Shown here piece after piece: positions 1 to 9,275 of a stretch of 64,000 nt of DNA. The DNA is from Elusimicrobiota bacterium (lineage in GTDB: Bacteria > Elusimicrobiota > Endomicrobiia > CG1-02-37-114 > XYA2-FULL-39-19), in assembly GCA_018816525.1 (NCBI GenBank), contig JAHIVV010000012.1, positions 2,253 through 66,252 of the forward strand, in the 5' to 3' direction. The position numbers were made by a program, and so were the translations under genes. The notes under the pieces were generated by a model. The model made no database searches. It saw only the letters and a list, made by a program, of their open reading frames with translations, and was not told where the DNA came from. Each line of letters begins with the position of its first letter. The stretch's first letter is position 1.

Positions 1-426
1 ACCAGCGAAGTTTTTATAAGAATGGTAAAAAGTATTGCTCAGCAGTCGGGCGATTTTAAAACGTGGCTTTACAAAATTGCATCAAATATGGTGATAGATC
101 ATTATCGGCAGAAAGCATCAATAAAAAAAACTATGTCACGATATGAAGAATTTTTACAGCTAGATAATCAAAAGAGTAATAACCGGAATTCAGGTGACTA
201 TGATAATTTGTTTTATGCTCTGACGCAGGAACAGCATGAGGTTGTAGCTTTAAGGTTTGTAGACGGTTTTAATGTTTCAGAAATATCAAAAATAATGCAG
301 AAGTCAGAAAATGCAGTCAAAGCGCTGCAATTCAGAGCGATGGTTACTTTGAGGGAAAAATTCAAGAAACAACCCGTCAACAGCCTCATAACTTTTGAAC
401 TTTTAGAAAATCAGGGAGTGTGCTAG
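1..426 (+). CDS. ECF-type sigma-70 family factor, C-terminal part (5' end lies upstream of the window)
   Basis: Translation contains region 2.4-like WLYKIASNMVIDHYR and a region 4 HTH (LTQEQHEVVALRFVDGFNVSEISKIMQKSENAVKALQFRAMVTL). The first in-window Met is at 22, but the frame is open from base 1. Confidence 0.6.
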   Translation, partial: TSEVFIRMVKSIAQQSGDFKTWLYKIASNMVIDHYRQKASIKKTMSRYEEFLQLDNQKSNNRNSGDYDNLFYALTQEQHEVVALRFVDGFNVSEISKIMQKSENAVKALQFRAMVTLREKFKKQPVNSLITFELLENQGVC

Positions 427-1173
427 ATGCAAACAAAAATTGAAGATGTGTTGGATCAGGCGATTGACCAGCTTAACAAAGGTAAAAGCATTCATGATTG
501 CCTGGATGCTTATCCGGAATACGCGGACGAATTAGCGCCTCTTTTAGCTACAGCGCAGAAACTGCAGGAAATTCAAATAAAGCAACCGCACGTATGTAAG
601 TTATCAGAAACAATCGAAAAGGTAAGGGAAACAGCTGTCCTGATGAAAACACAAGATTCTAAGTCCTTCCCGTTTGTTCCCTTAAACACAATAGTCAGAA
701 TGTCTGTAGCTGCCGGTTTTATATTTTTAGCGGTCATTGGCGTAATGTCATTTTCTTCGCGTTCCCTGCCGGGAGAATCATGGTATTCCATTAAATTGTT
801 CTGTGAAAAAATAGATCTGGATTATTTAACGTCTAAAAGTAATAAAGCTTCAAAACATATTGAATTGGCTGATAAAAGGTTGAACGAAGTCCAAAAGGTT
901 GCGCAGGCCAGGCATGTGATTGATAAAAATACTTTACATGAAATGCACGTACATACTGAAATTGCGCTTGATCAGGTCGATGAATATCCTGATGAGGAGG
1001 CTGCTGCTTTTTTAAAAAGAATCGAACAGCTTCACCGCCGGCAGATTGGGCAGTTAACAAAGACTCAGTCGGATTTTTACTCGGAGAGAAGTAATATGAA
1101 TGAGATAAACCAGTCAATTCAGCTTTGCAGCGACCGCATGGATTGGGTCCAACAGGCGAATGAGGGGGATTAG
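427..1173 (+). CDS. putative membrane-anchored anti-sigma factor / hypothetical protein
   Basis: Immediately follows the sigma factor gene with a 1-nt gap. Single TM segment (VAAGFIFLAVIGVMSF). No recognisable catalytic motif. Confidence 0.3.
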   Translation: MQTKIEDVLDQAIDQLNKGKSIHDCLDAYPEYADELAPLLATAQKLQEIQIKQPHVCKLSETIEKVRETAVLMKTQDSKSFPFVPLNTIVRMSVAAGFIFLAVIGVMSFSSRSLPGESWYSIKLFCEKIDLDYLTSKSNKASKHIELADKRLNEVQKVAQARHVIDKNTLHEMHVHTEIALDQVDEYPDEEAAAFLKRIEQLHRRQIGQLTKTQSDFYSERSNMNEINQSIQLCSDRMDWVQQANEGD

Positions 1174-1533
1174 ATGTTTAAGAATTTTGTTGGTTTAATG
1201 TTTTTAGTAGTTTTTGCAGCTGGTACGGCAGTTTTCGCGCAATCAGAGGGATGTAAGACTTCTTGCCCGATGGCAAAAAAAAGTTGTTCATGCAAAGGTG
1301 AGGTAATTTCGGTTGATACAGCGGCAAATACAATATCGCTAAAATGTAAAAAGGGCGATTGCCAAGTTTCTTTGACTGACAAAACGAAAATTATGCAGGG
1401 TAAGGATGTAAAAACGATCTCGGACATAAATTCGGGCGTGAAAGTAATAATAAAGTATTCAACAAAAGACGGGAAGAATGAAGCAAAAAAAGTTTTAATT
1501 GAACCGGTGGCGCCTTCAGGTAAAAAGAAGTAA
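1174..1533 (+). CDS. small secreted Cys-rich protein
   Basis: N-terminal signal peptide (MFKNFVGLMFLVVFAAGTAVFA) and a Cys-rich core (CKTSCPMAKKSCSCKG). Start overlaps the stop of the upstream gene (ATGA). Confidence 0.4.
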   Translation: MFKNFVGLMFLVVFAAGTAVFAQSEGCKTSCPMAKKSCSCKGEVISVDTAANTISLKCKKGDCQVSLTDKTKIMQGKDVKTISDINSGVKVIIKYSTKDGKNEAKKVLIEPVAPSGKKK

Positions 1534-1550
1534 ACTTCCTAAAATACAAC

Positions 1551-1591
1551 GCCCCGTCGTGTTACCAGTCTAACACGGCGGGGCAATATTT
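1551..1591 (+). terminator. Rho-independent terminator
   Basis: Perfect 14-bp inverted repeat gccccgtcgtgtta / taacacggcggggc with a 6-nt loop, followed by a short A/T-rich tail (aatattt). Confidence 0.7.
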
Positions 1592-1635
1592 AAGAACTAA
1601 AAAAACAATCAAAAATCTGTTATAATATGTATATC

Positions 1636-1789
1636 ATGCAAAAACACAATATTTCTCTCCCCGAGATATTTTATACGGTTCAAAAATCTAAAATTGACAA
1701 ACTCCTCCCAAGGGTCGTCAAACATGTCAATTTCTTAACGTTTTTTTCACCTAAATATCTCTATGTCGTTCAATATTGTGTTTTTGCAT
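1636..1789 (+). repeat. 18-bp inverted repeat pair (ATGCAAAAACACAATATT) enclosing a 9-bp palindrome (AAATTGACA/TGTCAATTT) in the moxR leader
   Basis: Seen directly: 1636-1653 is the reverse complement of 1772-1789; inner palindrome arms at 1691-1699 and 1725-1733. GTTATAAT occurs on both flanks (1618-1625 and 1807-1814). Confidence 0.5.
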
Positions 1790-1812
1790 ATAAATAATTT
1801 GGAGGTGTTATA

Positions 1813-2802
1813 ATGGAAGAAGGAATCAGGGAAATCAATGAGAAAGTAAAAAAAGAAAGCATGTTTATCCAGGAACTTACCGCGGAAATCGGCAAGGTAA
1901 TCGTAGGGCAGGACTATATCATTGAAAGACTGCTTATAGGGCTTTTAGGAAACGGCCATATTTTAATTGAAGGCGTGCCCGGGCTGGCAAAAACCCTGCT
2001 GATTAAAACTCTTTCGGACTGCGTCCAGACAAAATTCCAAAGAATCCAGTTTACCCCGGACCTTTTGCCTGCAGATATAATAGGAACGCTTATTTTTAAC
2101 CAAAAAAGCGGCGAGTTTACGGTTAAGAAAGGCCCTATATTTGCAAATATAATTCTCGCTGACGAAATCAACCGAGCGCCCGCAAAAGTCCAGTCGGCGC
2201 TGCTGGAAGCCATGCAGGAAAGGCAGATTACTATCGGTGAAAATACCTATAAACTGGACGAGCCTTTTCTCGTTCTTGCAACACAGAATCCCATTGAGCA
2301 GGAAGGGACCTATCCTCTGCCGGAAGCGCAGGTAGATAGGTTTATGCTTAAAGCAAAAATAACCTATCCGGATAAAGAGGAAGAACGTAAAATTATGGAC
2401 CGGATGACTGTAGGTACCGTGCCGGAAGCAAAAAAAATAATCAGCCCAAAAGATATTATCAAAGCAAGGGAAGTTGTAAACCAGGTTTATATGGACGACA
2501 AAATTAAAAACTACATCATTGACATAGTTTTTGCCAGCCGCAACCCTGAGAATTATAAGCTTCCTGATTTGAAATCAACCATAGCTTACGGCGCCAGCCC
2601 CAGGGCGACAATTTACCTTACAATCGCCAGCAAAGCTTACGCATTCCTGCACAGCCGCGGGTATGTAACGCCGGATGACGTAAAATCCGTAGCAATGGAT
2701 GTGTTGAGGCACAGAATAATTCTTTCCTACGAAGCAGAAGCTGAAGAACTTACGTCTGAAAATGTCGTAAAACAGATTTTGGATAGCGTAGAAGTTCCTT
2801 AA
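1813..2802 (+). CDS. moxR: MoxR-family AAA+ ATPase
   Basis: Walker A GVPGLAKT, Walker B ILADEINRA. GGAGG SD 5 nt upstream. First gene of the Bat operon. Confidence 0.9.
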   Translation: MEEGIREINEKVKKESMFIQELTAEIGKVIVGQDYIIERLLIGLLGNGHILIEGVPGLAKTLLIKTLSDCVQTKFQRIQFTPDLLPADIIGTLIFNQKSGEFTVKKGPIFANIILADEINRAPAKVQSALLEAMQERQITIGENTYKLDEPFLVLATQNPIEQEGTYPLPEAQVDRFMLKAKITYPDKEEERKIMDRMTVGTVPEAKKIISPKDIIKAREVVNQVYMDDKIKNYIIDIVFASRNPENYKLPDLKSTIAYGASPRATIYLTIASKAYAFLHSRGYVTPDDVKSVAMDVLRHRIILSYEAEAEELTSENVVKQILDSVEVP

Positions 2803-2806
2803 GCCC

Positions 2807-3688
2807 ATGATTCCTAAAGAAATTTTAAAACAGATAAAGCGTATTCAAATACGCACCGGCCGGATGGTAAATGATGTGTTTGCCGGACAGTATAGCAGTG
2901 TATTCAAAGGGCGCGGCATGGAATTCAGCGAAGTCCGCGAGTACCAGCCCGGAGATGAAGTAAGAACTATTGATTGGAACGTTTCCGCGCGTTACGGCAG
3001 GCCTTTTGTAAAGAAATTCACCGAAGAGCGCGAGCTTACCATTATGCTATTGGTGGATATGAGCCGTTCCGAGAAATTCGGCACGAAAGATAAAACAAAA
3101 GAAGAAATAGCCGCGGAAATAGCGTCCGTGCTGGCGTTTTCTGCCGTAAAAAATAATGACAAAGTCGGTATGATAATTTTTACCGATAAGATAGAAAAAT
3201 ACATCCCTCCTAAAAAAACAATTACACACATTTTAAGAATAATAAGCGAAATCCTTTATTATAAACCAGAAAACACCGGCACCGATATTACCGTGGCGCT
3301 GGAATACCTTTGCCGGGTCCAGAAAAAAAGAGCTACCGTGTTTATTATTTCGGATTTCATTGATCCGAAAGGTTATGCCCATGCGCTGAGGGTTGCGGGC
3401 AGAAAACATGACCTGGTTGCAATAACACTCACTGATAAAAGGGAAGAAAACATCCCTGCCGGTTATTTCTATGAACTTACAGACGGCGAAACAGGGCAGC
3501 GGGTTGTGATTGATGCAAGAAACCAGGATAAAGTAAATGAATTTATTGAGCTTGCAAGGCAAGAAAGGGTGAAAAAAGAACAGTTGTTTAAGAAATCAAA
3601 AATTGACTTTATCCCGATAAGTACGGACAAACCCTATGCGGATCCATTGTTAAAATTTTTCTATATGCGTGAAAGAAGGTTTAGGTAA
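2807..3688 (+). CDS. DUF58 (VWA-like) protein
   Basis: Conserved QYSSVFKGRGMEFSEVREYQPGDEVRTIDW motif typical of DUF58 proteins encoded next to moxR. Confidence 0.85.
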   Translation: MIPKEILKQIKRIQIRTGRMVNDVFAGQYSSVFKGRGMEFSEVREYQPGDEVRTIDWNVSARYGRPFVKKFTEERELTIMLLVDMSRSEKFGTKDKTKEEIAAEIASVLAFSAVKNNDKVGMIIFTDKIEKYIPPKKTITHILRIISEILYYKPENTGTDITVALEYLCRVQKKRATVFIISDFIDPKGYAHALRVAGRKHDLVAITLTDKREENIPAGYFYELTDGETGQRVVIDARNQDKVNEFIELARQERVKKEQLFKKSKIDFIPISTDKPYADPLLKFFYMRERRFR

Positions 3689-3703
3689 TCAGCTGACTGG
3701 GTT

Positions 3704-4630
3704 ATGAATAAAATTGTCTTTAAAATCATATTGTTGTTGTCATTGAGTTCGAACCTTTATTCAAGTGAAGTTCCAATCAATGTTTTAGCCGGAGCGGATA
3801 AAAAAGAAATTACTCTCGGCGATACTTTTGAATATGTTCTTAATCTAGAATACCCGAAAGATTATAAGTTTAACCTGCCTGATTTCACTTCAATTTTCAA
3901 CGGTTTTGAAATACGCAAGCAAACCAACATTGCCCCCAGGTCCCGGGGATGGTTGTTTGGCACGAAACATTATGAGGTGCAATTCAAATTTGAACTGACT
4001 AATTTTAATATCGGTGATCAAATGATCAGCTCATTTACTGTTACATTTGCCGGCCCTTCCGGCGAAATAAAAGAAAGTGTCGTTCCTGAAACAATAGTAA
4101 AAGTAACCCCTGTAAAAGAAAACGCGCAGGATGTGCAGGATATCCGCGATATAAAACCGCCGTTATCGATAGGAATTAATACACTCCTTTTGTTTGTTAT
4201 AATCATTTTTATTCTGGTAGGAGCATATTTATACTTTTTAATGCGTAAAAAAGAAGGGCCTGCTGTTGAAGGACAGGTTATTGAAGAACAGAGGTTATCT
4301 CCTGAAGAGCTTGCTAATAAACGGCTTGATGAACTGCTTGCAAAAAATCTCATAAAAGAAGGCCCTTTGGGGATAAAGCAATTTTATATTGAATTATCCG
4401 ACATCATAAGAAGGTACATTTCAGAAAAATACGGTGTTCCCGTAATCGAGAGGACCACGGATGAGGTTTGCCGCGATTTGAAAAAATCAGGGCAAGCGGA
4501 TAAAAAATCCCAGATAGAAATAAAGGAATTCCTTGAGAACTGCGATATGGTAAAGTTTGCTAAATACATCCCCCTGGACAACGAAATAAACGGCGATGTG
4601 GAAAAAGGAAGAGAGATAATAAAAATATGA
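3704..4630 (+). CDS. hypothetical membrane protein of the Bat operon
   Basis: Signal peptide plus an internal TM segment (LLLFVIIIFILVGAYLYFLM). Position matches the conserved hypothetical TM gene between DUF58 and batA in Bat operons. Confidence 0.5.
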   Translation: MNKIVFKIILLLSLSSNLYSSEVPINVLAGADKKEITLGDTFEYVLNLEYPKDYKFNLPDFTSIFNGFEIRKQTNIAPRSRGWLFGTKHYEVQFKFELTNFNIGDQMISSFTVTFAGPSGEIKESVVPETIVKVTPVKENAQDVQDIRDIKPPLSIGINTLLLFVIIIFILVGAYLYFLMRKKEGPAVEGQVIEEQRLSPEELANKRLDELLAKNLIKEGPLGIKQFYIELSDIIRRYISEKYGVPVIERTTDEVCRDLKKSGQADKKSQIEIKEFLENCDMVKFAKYIPLDNEINGDVEKGREIIKI

Positions 4631-5610
4631 GGTTTGCAAATCCGGTATTATTGCTGTTTTTATTGTTAATTCCGGCAGTTGTGTGGTATTTTGTAAAAAA
4701 ACACAAGTCGTCATCTATTCTATACCCCAATATAGGGCTGTTAAGTAAAGTATTTCCTGTAGATAATCAAAGAAACAAAATTTTGCTGATTATGCGCATG
4801 TGTGCGCTTGTTCTTTTAATTCTTGCTTTCGCGCGGCCTCAAAAGGGTTTGGTAACCAGTGAATCCAGCACAAAAGGCATAGACATAATGCTTTGCATAG
4901 ACACTTCATCAACCATGCAGGCGCTGGATTTTCAGCCGAAAAACCGCCTGGAAGTCGCAAAAGAGACCGCAAAAGATTTTATTAAAGCAAGAAAGCATGA
5001 CAGGATAGGCATAGTTGTTTTTAGCGGGCTGAGTTTTACCCAATGCCCGCTCACTCTTGACCATGATGCGTTGTTTGAATTTTTGGATAAAGTCCAGATT
5101 GGCATCGCGCAGATGGACGGCACAGCCATTGGGTCGGCTATAATGACCTGCATAAGCCGCCTTAAAGACAGCACAGGAAAAAGCAAGGTTGTAATATTGC
5201 TCAGCGACGGCAGGAATAATATGGGCGAAGTGGACCCGATAACTGCCAGCAAGGCAGCGCAATCTGTTGATATAAAAATTTATACCATCGGCATAGGCGT
5301 TCCCGGCAAAGCCTTGTTTCCCGTACAGGATCCCATGTTCGGATTGCAATATGTGTATATTCCGGAGGAACTTGATGAAGGCATGATGACAAATATAGCT
5401 GAAATTACCGGCGGTAAATATTTCCGCGCCAAAACTTACGGTGGTTTTAAGGATATTTTCAAGCAGATAGACAAGCTCGAAAAATCAGAAATTAAAACTG
5501 ACCAGTACACGGAATACGGTGAATTATACCGTTTCTTTCTTTTGCCGGCGTTTTTGCTGATATTGGCCGAGATAATTTTGGCCAAGACTATTTTTAGGAA
5601 AATACCATGA
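4627..5610 (+). CDS. batA: VWA-domain protein BatA
   Basis: N-terminal TM segments, VWA fold with MIDAS-type DTSSTM motif, C-terminal TM. Confidence 0.8.
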   Translation: MRFANPVLLLFLLLIPAVVWYFVKKHKSSSILYPNIGLLSKVFPVDNQRNKILLIMRMCALVLLILAFARPQKGLVTSESSTKGIDIMLCIDTSSTMQALDFQPKNRLEVAKETAKDFIKARKHDRIGIVVFSGLSFTQCPLTLDHDALFEFLDKVQIGIAQMDGTAIGSAIMTCISRLKDSTGKSKVVILLSDGRNNMGEVDPITASKAAQSVDIKIYTIGIGVPGKALFPVQDPMFGLQYVYIPEELDEGMMTNIAEITGGKYFRAKTYGGFKDIFKQIDKLEKSEIKTDQYTEYGELYRFFLLPAFLLILAEIILAKTIFRKIP

Positions 5611-6623
5611 ACTTTGACGCGAGGTTTTATTTATACTTGGCGGTTTTTGTCATTCCCGCAGTGCTGGCAGGGATGGCTTATTTGACAAGGAAATACAGGA
5701 ACGAGCTCAAAAGCTTCAGCGACGAGAAAATGTACCCTGTTTTATTTGATGTACAGGTTTTCAAAGCAAGGAAAACGAAAAACATTCTGCTGGTTCTCGT
5801 TATTTTCTTTTTGCTTTTAACTCTTGCCGGGCCGCGGTTCGGCACAAAACTTGTCAATATAAAAAGGAAATCAATTGATATAATTATTGCGCTTGACTGC
5901 TCAAAGAGCATGCTTGCCGAAGATATCCTGCCAAATAGAATGTCAAAGGTTAAAGATTTGTTTTCGATATTGATAGACAGGCTTAAAGAGAACAGGATAG
6001 GCGTGCTAGCGTTCAGCGGGGTCGCCTTTACCCAGTGCCCGCTTACTTATGATAACAATGCCGCAAAAATGCTTCTTGGGATGATTGATACAAACCTGAT
6101 TCCTTTTCCGGGGACATCCCTGGGTTCTGCCATAAAGCTTGCAACAAAAAGTTTCGGGGAAGACAAATATTCAAATAAAGTTCTTGTCCTGCTGACTGAC
6201 GGTGAGGACCATAAAAGCGATCCTCTGGATGCCGCGCAGGAAGCCAGGGATTATGGAATAAGGATTTTTACTGTAGGTATCGGCACTACCCGGGGCGAAG
6301 TTATCCCGATGAAGGATGAAAATGGGAATACTTTTGAATATAAAAGAAACAAAAAGGGCGAGGTTGTCGCCAGTAAACTTGACGAAAATACTCTTATGCA
6401 GATTGCCCAGGCGACGGACGGTAAATATTATTCGCTTTCCTATGCCGATACCGGCGTGGTGGAACAGCTGTTGGATGATTTAAACAATATAGAGAAAAAG
6501 GAAACAAAAAGCGGTGTGTATAATTTGTATGAACATAGGTTCCAGTACACCCTGCTGATTGCGATTGTTTTGTTGCTGATAGAAATGTTTATCCCGGAAA
6601 TAAAAAAACAAACCCCCACGTGA
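5607..6623 (+). CDS. batB: VWA-domain protein BatB
   Basis: Paralogous to the preceding gene. DCSKSM MIDAS motif, N- and C-terminal TM segments. Confidence 0.8.
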   Translation: MNFDARFYLYLAVFVIPAVLAGMAYLTRKYRNELKSFSDEKMYPVLFDVQVFKARKTKNILLVLVIFFLLLTLAGPRFGTKLVNIKRKSIDIIIALDCSKSMLAEDILPNRMSKVKDLFSILIDRLKENRIGVLAFSGVAFTQCPLTYDNNAAKMLLGMIDTNLIPFPGTSLGSAIKLATKSFGEDKYSNKVLVLLTDGEDHKSDPLDAAQEARDYGIRIFTVGIGTTRGEVIPMKDENGNTFEYKRNKKGEVVASKLDENTLMQIAQATDGKYYSLSYADTGVVEQLLDDLNNIEKKETKSGVYNLYEHRFQYTLLIAIVLLLIEMFIPEIKKQTPT

Positions 6624-6633
6624 ACTCTCCCTG

Positions 6634-6692
6634 CCTCTCTTTCACAAAGAGAGGGGACAAGGAGCTCTCTTCCCCTCTTTTTGAAAGAGGGG
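6634..6692 (+). promoter_or_regulatory. two tandem perfect palindromic hairpins between batB and batC
   Basis: cctctctttcacaaagagagg (6634-6654) and cccctctttttgaaagagggg (6672-6692), each a 9-bp stem with a 3-nt loop, sitting just upstream of the batC SD. Confidence 0.4.
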
Positions 6693-6713
6693 ATTTAGGG
6701 GAGTTAATAAAAT

Positions 6714-7412
6714 ATGAATAAATTAACCCTGACTTCTGTTTTAATTATTTTGAACTGCAGTATTATATTCGCCGGCGCTGGCAGCAGCGTGAACAAAGGG
6801 AATAAATTTTTTAGAAACAATCAGTTTAATGAAGCTCTTTCAGCCTATCAGAATGCCCAGATAAACGATCCCAGCTCACCAATAGTCAATTACAACATGG
6901 GAGATGCTTTATATAAGCTTGGCAGTTATGAAGATGCGCTGACCGAGTATAATAAAGCCCTCAAAATTAAGGACAAGAAAACTAAAAGCAAAATTTACTA
7001 CAATATAGGCAATACAATGTACCGCCTCCAGAAAAAAGACGAGGCGATTGCAAATTATAAGAAAACTTTGGAATTAAATTCTAAAGATGAAGATGCGAAG
7101 TATAACCTGCAATACCTTTTACAGGAGATGAAACAGCAAAAACAACAAAACAAGGACGGTAAAGACAACAAGGACAATAAAGACAAACAGAAACAACAGC
7201 AGGATCAGAAAAACCAGCAAAACAAACAGGATCAACAGAAACAGCAGCAGAAGCAGGCAGGGGAGAAGAAAGAAGAAAAGAAGAAGAAGTATATGTCAAA
7301 GGAAGATGTTGAGCGGCTTTTGCAGATGTCGAGAGAGCAGGAGAAGGAAGCGATGAAGAAGAAGATGAAGCAGGCGGCGCCGCAGCTTCCAAAACCCGAC
7401 GAAGACTGGTGA
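6714..7412 (+). CDS. batC: TPR-repeat protein BatC with K/Q-rich low-complexity tail
   Basis: Signal/TM N-terminus, TPR-like repeats (YYNMGDALYKLGSYEDALTEYNKALKI...), then a QQKQQNKD low-complexity region. Confidence 0.65.
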   Translation: MNKLTLTSVLIILNCSIIFAGAGSSVNKGNKFFRNNQFNEALSAYQNAQINDPSSPIVNYNMGDALYKLGSYEDALTEYNKALKIKDKKTKSKIYYNIGNTMYRLQKKDEAIANYKKTLELNSKDEDAKYNLQYLLQEMKQQKQQNKDGKDNKDNKDKQKQQQDQKNQQNKQDQQKQQQKQAGEKKEEKKKKYMSKEDVERLLQMSREQEKEAMKKKMKQAAPQLPKPDEDW

Positions 7413-7478
7413 AGACTGGTAAAGCGTGCTTGAGAAATCAGTTTTTTCACTCCCTTAGGTTTTTTTACGTTTAAAGTT

Positions 7479-9275
7479 ATGAAAAAGATTCTAATACTAA
7501 TAGCCATATTAGTTTTTGCATTTATTCAGGGTGCATATGCCCAGAATGTTAATATATCCGCTTCATTTGACAGGAATAGCGCCGCAGTCGGCGAGCAGAT
7601 TACGATGCAGATTTCGGTTTCCGGTGATACAAACGATATCCCCGAACCGAAGCTTCCGGGTATTCCGGATTTCAATGTATATTCTTCAGGAAGAAGCCAG
7701 AGCGTTTCAATTGTTAACGGAAAGATGTCTTCTTCCATTGCTTATAATTACGTTTTAAGCCCTACCAAGCCGGGTAAATTCACTATCGGTTCAGCAACCC
7801 TTGTTTATAAAGGACAGACCTATTCAACCCAGCCTGTAGAGATTACGGTTACTGCATCGCCACAGGCGGCTCCTGCGCAATTGCCTGCAGCTTCAGCGCA
7901 AAACCCGTCAGCGAGCCAGGCACAGCCTGCCGCAGCTTCAAGAGAACTTTTTGTTGAATCTTCGGTTGATAAAAAAACCGCGTATGTTAATGAGCAGATA
8001 ACTCTCAGTTTCAAATTTTTTCACCGGGTAAGCCTTCTTTCACAGCCTCAATACTCTCCGTCCGATACAACAGGTTTTCTCACGGAAGATTTGCCGCCGC
8101 AGAAAAATTACTATACCGATATTAACGGCCAGCGTTACCTTATTACAGAAGTAAAGACTGCTCTATTTGCTACATCAAAAGGCAGGTATACGGTTGGTTC
8201 GGCTCAGTTGAGATGTACAGTCAATGATAATGGGCAAGGCGGCGAAGATATTTTTAACCAGTTTTTCGGCGGGGGCAAGACGATAGTTTTGAAAAGCGAT
8301 CCAATTACTGTTGACGTAATTGATTTGCCGTCACAAAACAAACCTCAAAGTTTCACCGGGGCTGTAGGCAAGTTCAATATTTCAGCCAGCCTGGACAAAA
8401 GCCAGACAGAAACCAACCAACCAATTACTCTCAATGTGAAAATAAGCGGAAACGGGAGTATTAAAACAATTACTGAGCCTAAAGCGTCATTTCAGAATTT
8501 TAGAAAGTATGACACTATAACGTCGCTTAATATCGAAAAGCCAAATTATATAGTTTCCGGTTCGAAAGTTTTCAAAATTGTGCTTATGCCGCTGATTGCC
8601 GGCAATGTTACAATCCCGCCGGTAGAATTTACTTATTTTGACCTTGCGGAAAAAAACTACAAAACTATAAATACTCCAAGTTTAAGCGTTTCTGTCAAAC
8701 CCGGAACTTCTGCTCCGCCTCCTATGCCCGCGCTTTCTTCCGGCCAGGGAACCCAGGTGCTGTCGCAGGATATAAGGTATATTAAAACAAAATTATCCGG
8801 CGCGTTATCCTCTGCGCCTATTTATAAAAGCACTTTTTTATTTGCGTTGCAGTTTATTCCGGGTATTTTCTTTTTAATCTTCTGGAGATACAATACTTAC
8901 AGGCAAAACCTTTATAAGAATACCGGCCTCGTAAGGTTTACATTTGCTTATAAATCCGCGCTAAAGAAATTAAAAAAACTTAATCTTGAAATAGCCGCAT
9001 TGACGCCTGATAAAGTTTCCTCGCGGATATTCGATATATTATGTTCCTATCTGGCTGATAAATTTAATGTTTCTGCCTGCGGTATCATTTCAGAAGAGGT
9101 TAGGAAAAAACTGCAGGAGAAAAATGTAAACCCTGATGCTGTAGCAAAGATAGTAATTTTGTGGGAAGAATTGCAGTTTGTCCAGTATGCGCCTGCGCAG
9201 GCAACGCAGGATAAAGTCAACGAATTGCTGAATAATACAACTATAGTCCTGAAAGAACTGGAAAAAGAATTATGA
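7479..9275 (+). CDS. batD: BatD-like protein
   Basis: 598 aa with signal peptide, large periplasmic beta-rich region, TM segment and cytoplasmic tail. Position after batC. Confidence 0.6.
   Translation: MKKILILIAILVFAFIQGAYAQNVNISASFDRNSAAVGEQITMQISVSGDTNDIPEPKLPGIPDFNVYSSGRSQSVSIVNGKMSSSIAYNYVLSPTKPGKFTIGSATLVYKGQTYSTQPVEITVTASPQAAPAQLPAASAQNPSASQAQPAAASRELFVESSVDKKTAYVNEQITLSFKFFHRVSLLSQPQYSPSDTTGFLTEDLPPQKNYYTDINGQRYLITEVKTALFATSKGRYTVGSAQLRCTVNDNGQGGEDIFNQFFGGGKTIVLKSDPITVDVIDLPSQNKPQSFTGAVGKFNISASLDKSQTETNQPITLNVKISGNGSIKTITEPKASFQNFRKYDTITSLNIEKPNYIVSGSKVFKIVLMPLIAGNVTIPPVEFTYFDLAEKNYKTINTPSLSVSVKPGTSAPPPMPALSSGQGTQVLSQDIRYIKTKLSGALSSAPIYKSTFLFALQFIPGIFFLIFWRYNTYRQNLYKNTGLVRFTFAYKSALKKLKKLNLEIAALTPDKVSSRIFDILCSYLADKFNVSACGIISEEVRKKLQEKNVNPDAVAKIVILWEELQFVQYAPAQATQDKVNELLNNTTIVLKELEKEL

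Noticed and set aside
573-4714. Numerous antisense or overlapping ORFs in the track (for example 573-791, 833-1117, 1914-2213, 2992-3562, 4018-4714 minus strand)
   Set aside because: Entirely embedded in well-supported genes on the other strand, no RBS, composition typical of antisense frames of AT-rich coding DNA. The same applies to similar embedded ORFs throughout the window.
7401-7420. Tandem 10-bp duplication GAAGACTGGT x2 straddling the batC stop codon
   Set aside because: Too short to call a repeat family. Likely a trivial slippage duplication. Its resemblance to the GAAGACT core of the hairpin family is probably coincidental.
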